A DNA stretch of 64,000 bases, taken from the NCBI GenBank assembly GCA_964589855.1, contig CAZPVB010000002.1:12274-76273 (forward strand), written 5' to 3'. Of the stretch, positions 58,772 through 64,000 are shown piece by piece. Under the pieces are notes generated by a model that was given only the letters and a program-made list of their open reading frames with translations, did no database searches and had not been told where the DNA came from. Every line of letters starts with the position of its first letter. Position 1 is the stretch's first letter. The DNA is from an uncultured Bacteroidales bacterium. Lineage in GTDB: Bacteria; Bacteroidota; Bacteroidia; Bacteroidales; UBA7960. Made by a program: the position numbers and the translations under genes.

Positions 58772-59477
58772 AAAATAATGATTTGTGAATAATATAATTA
58801 AATAAGTAGTTTATTTTAATAAATCTTAGAATAAAAATCAGCAACTAAGCACATGTGTTTCAGGTGTGGGCAAAAGATTGGTTTCCGCGCATAAACTCAT
58901 CAATTCAACAAATATCCTGAAATCTTTTGAATAGTTTACATAGTTATCTCGGGTCATGAAATTTTTTTATGCATCTTAAAATTATGTGGGGAAAGACAAA
59001 TTCTTTACCTTTCATAATTCAACAGCCTTCGACCGATGGTGTAAAAAAAGGGGAAAATTAATTTCCAGTAAAAAAACCTGTCGTAAATCATTGCTTGTCA
59101 AAAACTTAGAGAAACGTTTTAAGGAAAACGTAACTTATAACATGGCAAAGATAGTTATTATTCTGAATTTTTCTAATCAGGATAAACAATCCTGGATAAA
59201 AGAATATATTGAAATATACAATTCATAGACCACAGGACTGAAATTGTTTACCAAACAAATAAACATCCGAAAAAACAACGAACACATTGTATCCATCTTA
59301 CTTTTCCCGGATTGAAAGGCACGATTGCCTGAGCGCAGGGCATTGGCCCACGGAATATAGGTAACATGAATTTAACCTTGCCTTTTGCAACGCATCCTGC
59401 AACCTTACATAAAGTTCAACAGGATTTTATCGTTGGGGTGCATTAAGTTGGGAGCTTCGCCCGGCAATCTGTTTCTC

Positions 59478-60470
59478 TTATTTTTGCATGGCATCATCGA
59501 AAGCGATACCAGAGGGTTCAAAATCAATATTTTTGGTAAAAGTACACGACTCTGTCGCGCCGGCTTCTCTGTCCATACCACTGTCTTCCCACTCAATGGA
59601 AAGAGGCCCCTGGTAACCAATATCATTCAATGCTCTGATTATCCTTTCAAAATCAATTTTACCGCGCCCTATGCTGCGAAAGTCCCAAAATCGGCGGTGA
59701 TCTCCAAATTGGGTGTGTCCTCCAAAAACACCAACATCTTTGGGTACATCACTCCAGTGAACATCCTTCATATGTACATGAAAAATACGATCGGCAAAAT
59801 CATAGATAAATTTCACGTAATCTACACCCTGATAACCAAGATGACTGGGATCGTAGTTAAAACCAAAGGCAGGATGGTCATCAAGCACTTTCAATGCACT
59901 TTGGGCTGATGCAATATCGAAAGCAATCTCAGTAGGATGCACCTCAAGGGCAAACTTTACACCCATTTTCTCATAAGCATCCAAAATCGGTTTCCATCGG
60001 GTGGCAAATTCTTCAAATCCCCTGTCAATCATTATTTGTGGTGTTGGCGGAAAAGAATACAGCAAATGCCAGATTGGGCTGCCTGTAAAACCTACAACGG
60101 TATCCAGTCCCAGTCTTTTAGCAACTTTTCCTGTTTCAATAACCTCTTCAGCAGCCCGCTGCCTTACCCCTTCCGGATCTCCGTCGCCCCAAATGTATTC
60201 GGGTAAAATTCCTTTATGGCGTTCATCTATCGGATCACATACGCACTGTCCTACAAGGTGGGTAGAAATGGTAAAAAGTTGTAATCCGTATTTTTGCAAT
60301 AATTCTTTTCTTTGATCACAGTAGTTTTGGTCGGCTTTATCAATTTCCATATGATCGCCCCAGGTGCATAATTCCACTCCGTCGTAGCCAAAGGTTTTGG
60401 CTTTTTCGCACATGGTCTCTATGGGCAGATCTGCCCATTGTCCGGTGAATAAGGTTACGGGTCTCGACAT
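59478..60470 (-). CDS. Cytoplasmic xylose-isomerase-like TIM-barrel protein (sugar phosphate isomerase/epimerase family)
   Basis: Motifs [22 protein letters not shown] and SIEWED are characteristic of the fold. No signal peptide. Confidence 0.75.
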   Translation of the reverse strand: MSRPVTLFTGQWADLPIETMCEKAKTFGYDGVELCTWGDHMEIDKADQNYCDQRKELLQKYGLQLFTISTHLVGQCVCDPIDERHKGILPEYIWGDGDPEGVRQRAAEEVIETGKVAKRLGLDTVVGFTGSPIWHLLYSFPPTPQIMIDRGFEEFATRWKPILDAYEKMGVKFALEVHPTEIAFDIASAQSALKVLDDHPAFGFNYDPSHLGYQGVDYVKFIYDFADRIFHVHMKDVHWSDVPKDVGVFGGHTQFGDHRRFWDFRSIGRGKIDFERIIRALNDIGYQGPLSIEWEDSGMDREAGATESCTFTKNIDFEPSGIAFDDAMQK

Positions 60471-60709
60471 AATTTTTCCTTTTTTAGTGAATATTAGATT
60501 CAGGTTTGTAATCTTTTTTTAAACAAAGCAAATATATAGTCAAATTTGGCATTCTGCAAATCAATTAAACTTTTAAATGGGTATATTTTTACAATTCTTG
60601 CAGCATTTTTGTAACTTCATTCGTATACAATGATAATTGTCTCTTACAAAAATTACCAGAAAGTTTCACCCTTTTAAAACCAATTTTATTTATCTCAAAA
60701 CCCTTAAAA

Positions 60710-61939
60710 ATGAAAGACATATCGATTATTACTATATTTATGATTTCTGTACTTTTCCTGTCTTCCTGCGAGAAAAGAAATGAAAAGCCTGTAAATGATC
60801 CCAAAACTCTGACGCTGACAACCAAAGCAGAAGAGGTGATAAAAAGCAGCAATCAATTTGGTATTGATTTCTTTACCCATGTTGCCAAAGATGAAAACAG
60901 CAATATGATGGTCTCCCCGCTGAGCGCAAGCATTGCGCTTACCATGCTGTTAAATGGTGCCGACAATGAAACTTACAACCAAATTAAGGAAATGCTTGAT
61001 TATGATGAAAATATGACTATAGAGGAGATCAATGAGGCATATATGAGCCTTGTTCCTCAATTGATCAATGCCGACGAAAAGGTAACCACCACGATTGCCA
61101 ATGCGGTTTTTTACCGCATGAATTTCAGTTTCCGGCAATCTTTTCTTGATCAACTCATCAATAATTTTGATGCCCATGCAGAAAGCCTCGACTTTAACAA
61201 CCCAGAGGCAGTAAATACCATTAACGAATGGGCTGGTGATCAGACAAACGGAAAAATTGACAAAGTAATTGAAGCTATTGACCCTTTAACAGTCATGTTT
61301 ATAATGAATGCTCTCTACTTTAAAGGTGACTGGACCAATCAGTTTGATGCCTCCAGTACTACCTCCCTTCCTTTCTACTTCGATAACAACACGCAGGAAG
61401 ATGTGGAAACCATGACCGGAGAAATTCCTGCAAAAACTTTCGGAACCAATGAGTTTAGTGCTTTAGAACTACCCTACGGACGTAAAAATTTCTCAATGGT
61501 GCTCATCAAACCCCAGCATACGCTCAATGAATTCTACAACAACTTTGATGACCAAATATGGCAAGAAATAACTGAATCCTTTCAAAATCAGGAAAACTGG
61601 GTTCCGGTGCAAGTTCAATTGCCCAAATTCAGTTTCGAATATGAAAAAACACTGAACAAAATTTTAGAAGAAATGGGCATGGTAGATGCCTTCAGCGAAG
61701 CATTGGCGGACCTTTCAGGTATTTCTGAGGAAGAACTTTATGTAAGTTTTGTGAAACAAAACACGTTTATAGATGTGAACGAAGAGGGTACGGAGGCAGC
61801 AGCAGTAACAACCATTGGGATCAATACAGAAAGTGTAGGTCCGGTATTTTTTGCCAACAAACCTTTCATTTTTGCAATTCGCGAACGAACCACCAATACA
61901 CTACTTTTTATGGGTAGTGTAGAAAATCCTAATGATTAG
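60710..61939 (+). CDS. Serpin (family I4 serine protease inhibitor), lipoprotein
   Basis: Lipobox LSSC. Serpin body motifs (NMMVSPLSASIALTMLLNGA, NALYFKGDW). Canonical hinge NEEGTEAAAVT followed by ..ANKPFIFAIRE. Confidence 0.85.
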   Translation: MKDISIITIFMISVLFLSSCEKRNEKPVNDPKTLTLTTKAEEVIKSSNQFGIDFFTHVAKDENSNMMVSPLSASIALTMLLNGADNETYNQIKEMLDYDENMTIEEINEAYMSLVPQLINADEKVTTTIANAVFYRMNFSFRQSFLDQLINNFDAHAESLDFNNPEAVNTINEWAGDQTNGKIDKVIEAIDPLTVMFIMNALYFKGDWTNQFDASSTTSLPFYFDNNTQEDVETMTGEIPAKTFGTNEFSALELPYGRKNFSMVLIKPQHTLNEFYNNFDDQIWQEITESFQNQENWVPVQVQLPKFSFEYEKTLNKILEEMGMVDAFSEALADLSGISEEELYVSFVKQNTFIDVNEEGTEAAAVTTIGINTESVGPVFFANKPFIFAIRERTTNTLLFMGSVENPND

Positions 61940-62078
61940 TTATGAAGCACATCCTTTAAAAATCCTATTTCACAGATATTTTCACAATTCTCCTGAAAAC
62001 ATTTTCTGTACATTCATCCACTCACCTGCCATTTTTTTGGCGTATCTTTGAAAAAAGAAACTCAAAAAATCATTATTC

Positions 62079-64000
62079 ATGCAGGAAAAGAAGAAATTGT
62101 TTTTATTAGATGCCATGGCGCTCATCTACAGGGCTTATTTTGCCCTGAACCGAAACCCCAGAATCAACTCAAAAGGATTGAACACTTCGGCAGTTCTGGG
62201 TTTCGCCAATACATTGCTTGAAGTGCTCAAAAAAGAGAACCCCAGTCATATTGCTGTCGCATTTGATGCATTTGCCCCCACACAAAGAAAAACTGATTTC
62301 ACACAATACAAAGCCAACCGTGAAGATACTCCTGAAGATATCGTGCTGGCGATCCCTTACATTAAAAAGCTTATTGAAGGATTTCATATTCCTGTGCTTG
62401 AAGTTCCCGGATATGAGGCCGATGATATTGTAGGTACCCTGGCGAAAAAAGCAGAAAAAGAAAATTTCACTGTTTTCATGATGACTTCCGATAAAGATTT
62501 CGGACAATTGGTATCCGAAAATATTTTTATGTACAAACCTGCACGCATGGGGAATGGGGCAGAAGTTTGGGGAGTAAAGGAGGTATGTGAAAAATTCGCC
62601 ATCAACGAACCTGATCAGCTCATTGACATTCTTGGGTTATGGGGCGATGCATCAGATAATATACCAGGAGTGCCGGGAATTGGCGAAAAAAAGGCAAAAA
62701 AACTCATTGGTGAATTCGGTTCTATTGAGAATATTCTGGAAAATTTAGATAAAGTTGCAGAAAAACGCAGTCGCGAAAGTTTGAAAGAAAATGCTCAGCA
62801 GGCACTCATGTCAAAAAGCCTTGCCACCATTATTTTGGATGTACCTGTAGAATGGGACGAGGAAAAACTCAAAAGAAAAGATCCTGACCCCAACGTATTG
62901 ATACCTCTGTTCGATGAACTTGAATTCAGAACCTATGCCAAACGGGTCTTTGAACATATCAGCGAAGAAGCACCCCAGGCAATGCCTTCCAAAGAAAAAG
63001 CCTCTGCGCAGATGGATATGTTTGCAGGAACAGATGCTTTTGAAGACCCCAAAGTGTTGGTGAAAAACAAAGCAGAAAAATTGATGAAGGATCATGATTT
63101 TCAACTGGCAGACACAACAGAAAAGATTAACAACCTGCTTGACCAGTTAAACCAAAACAATTCCTTTTGCTTTGACACTGAAACTACAGGACTTACAAGT
63201 AACAACACACAACTTGTTGGCATTGCCTTTTCTGTGAAACCACAACAGGCATGGTATGTACCTTTTCCCGAAGACCAAAAGAAAGCAAAAGAATTAGCGG
63301 AAAAATTCAAACAGGTCTTTGAAGATCCTGATATTGAAAAAACCGGGCAAAACCTAAAGTTTGATATAGGGGTACTTAAAAATTATGAGATACATGTACA
63401 GGGAAAATTATTTGATACCATGATTGCCCACTACTTGCTGCAACCAGATATGCGCCACAATATGGATGTTCTTTCCGAAACATACCTGAACCATCAACCC
63501 ATGAGCATTGAACTGCTCATTGGTAAAAAGGGTAAAAATCAGAAAAGCATGCGCGATGTACCCATCGATATCATTACAGCTTATGCATGCGAAGATGCAG
63601 ATATAACCTTAAAACTCAGAAAAGTATTCGAACCCCAGCTCAGAGAATATAAACTGGAGAAATTATTTTATGAAATGGAAACCCCATTGATATATGTACT
63701 TTCTGATATGGAATCAAACGGTGTAAAACTGGATACAGATGCTTTGGCAGAATATTCACAGAAACTGCAAAAAGACATAGAAAACATTGAAAAAGAAATT
63801 TATGACATTGCCGGAATTCAGTTTAATATTGGATCCCCCAAACAGTTGGGAGAAATATTATTTGATAAGCTCAAAATTGTGGAAAAGGCAAAAAAGACCA
63901 AAACCAAACAATACAGTACCAGTGAAGATGTACTTTCTAAACTGGCTCATAAACATCCCATCGTTGAAAAAATTCTGAACTACCGGTCGCTCACCAAACT
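62079..64000 (+). CDS. polA: DNA polymerase I, 5' part (runs off the window end)
   Basis: Open frame from the ATG at 62079 to the window end; it has no stop, so it is absent from the ORF track. 5'-nuclease motifs LFLLDAMALIYRAYFA, GYEADDIVGTLA and GDASDNIPGVPGIGEKKA. 3'-5' exonuclease motif CFDTETTGL. Ends in ...HPIVEKILNYRSLTKL. Confidence 0.9.
   Translation, partial: MQEKKKLFLLDAMALIYRAYFALNRNPRINSKGLNTSAVLGFANTLLEVLKKENPSHIAVAFDAFAPTQRKTDFTQYKANREDTPEDIVLAIPYIKKLIEGFHIPVLEVPGYEADDIVGTLAKKAEKENFTVFMMTSDKDFGQLVSENIFMYKPARMGNGAEVWGVKEVCEKFAINEPDQLIDILGLWGDASDNIPGVPGIGEKKAKKLIGEFGSIENILENLDKVAEKRSRESLKENAQQALMSKSLATIILDVPVEWDEEKLKRKDPDPNVLIPLFDELEFRTYAKRVFEHISEEAPQAMPSKEKASAQMDMFAGTDAFEDPKVLVKNKAEKLMKDHDFQLADTTEKINNLLDQLNQNNSFCFDTETTGLTSNNTQLVGIAFSVKPQQAWYVPFPEDQKKAKELAEKFKQVFEDPDIEKTGQNLKFDIGVLKNYEIHVQGKLFDTMIAHYLLQPDMRHNMDVLSETYLNHQPMSIELLIGKKGKNQKSMRDVPIDIITAYACEDADITLKLRKVFEPQLREYKLEKLFYEMETPLIYVLSDMESNGVKLDTDALAEYSQKLQKDIENIEKEIYDIAGIQFNIGSPKQLGEILFDKLKIVEKAKKTKTKQYSTSEDVLSKLAHKHPIVEKILNYRSLTK

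Noticed and set aside
58986-59228. 80-aa plus-strand ORF in the long gap
   Set aside because: Its Lys/Asn/Phe-rich composition reflects AT-rich DNA. It lies on the opposite strand to the flanking operon and has no motif or plausible start context.
59398-59405. An additional TGCAACCT copy, the same word as the putative HTCS operator
   Set aside because: It is a single copy in the opposite orientation relative to the local genes and unrelated to the polysaccharide locus. That is compatible with the roughly two chance occurrences expected for an 8-mer in this window.
62169-63310. Minus-strand ORFs of 69-112 aa
   Set aside because: They are antisense to the clearly identifiable polA reading frame, which the ORF track misses only because it has no stop codon inside the window.

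Overview
This 64-kb window looks like a Bacteroidota chromosome segment. Evidence: many T9SS-type C-terminal sorting domains, a hybrid two-component regulator with AraC output, TAnnTTTG-like promoter boxes, and lipoprotein and TAT signals. No rRNA, tRNA, CRISPR array, integrase or transposase was recognised.

(1) 0.96-22.8 kb, all on the minus strand: an atypical uronic-acid polysaccharide utilisation locus. It encodes a PL6 lyase, a GH88 fused to a deacetylase-like domain, an alginate-lyase-like protein, and three T9SS-exported beta-helix proteins. One of those is 1645 aa and carries a young 2 x 891-nt internal tandem duplication. The locus also has a TonB-dependent receptor of the non-SusC type with no SusD partner, and an HTCS regulator. 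AGGTTGCA direct repeats sit in front of a predicted promoter for the receptor operon.

(2) 23.3-27.5 kb: a stand-alone, separately transcribed gene of about 1390 aa. It has clear NACHT/STAND motifs (Walker A, an hhhhDAxNE Walker B, and TCR). Its N-terminal module is unrecognised but carries a HEPN-like R-x5-H motif, and it has about 900 aa of unassigned helical C-terminus. This is my best candidate for a novel single-gene NLR-like immune system.

(3) 28-64 kb: mixed housekeeping and accessory genes. These include surface/T9SS proteins, a metallophosphoesterase-propeller fusion, long-form NagB, DinB, an AsmA-like protein, a GH13 enzyme, an NMO/FabK-type enzyme, an M20 amidohydrolase, a transglutaminase-like protein, a MORN/YwqK repeat protein and a DUF1343/NamZ-like enzyme. 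There is also a sugar-oxidation style cluster: a TAT-exported Gfo/Idh/MocA enzyme, a TAT-exported TIM barrel, an HprK/PEPCK-like P-loop protein and a cytoplasmic TIM barrel. The window ends with a serpin lipoprotein and the 5' part of polA.

All functional calls come from motif recognition by eye. No database search was run.
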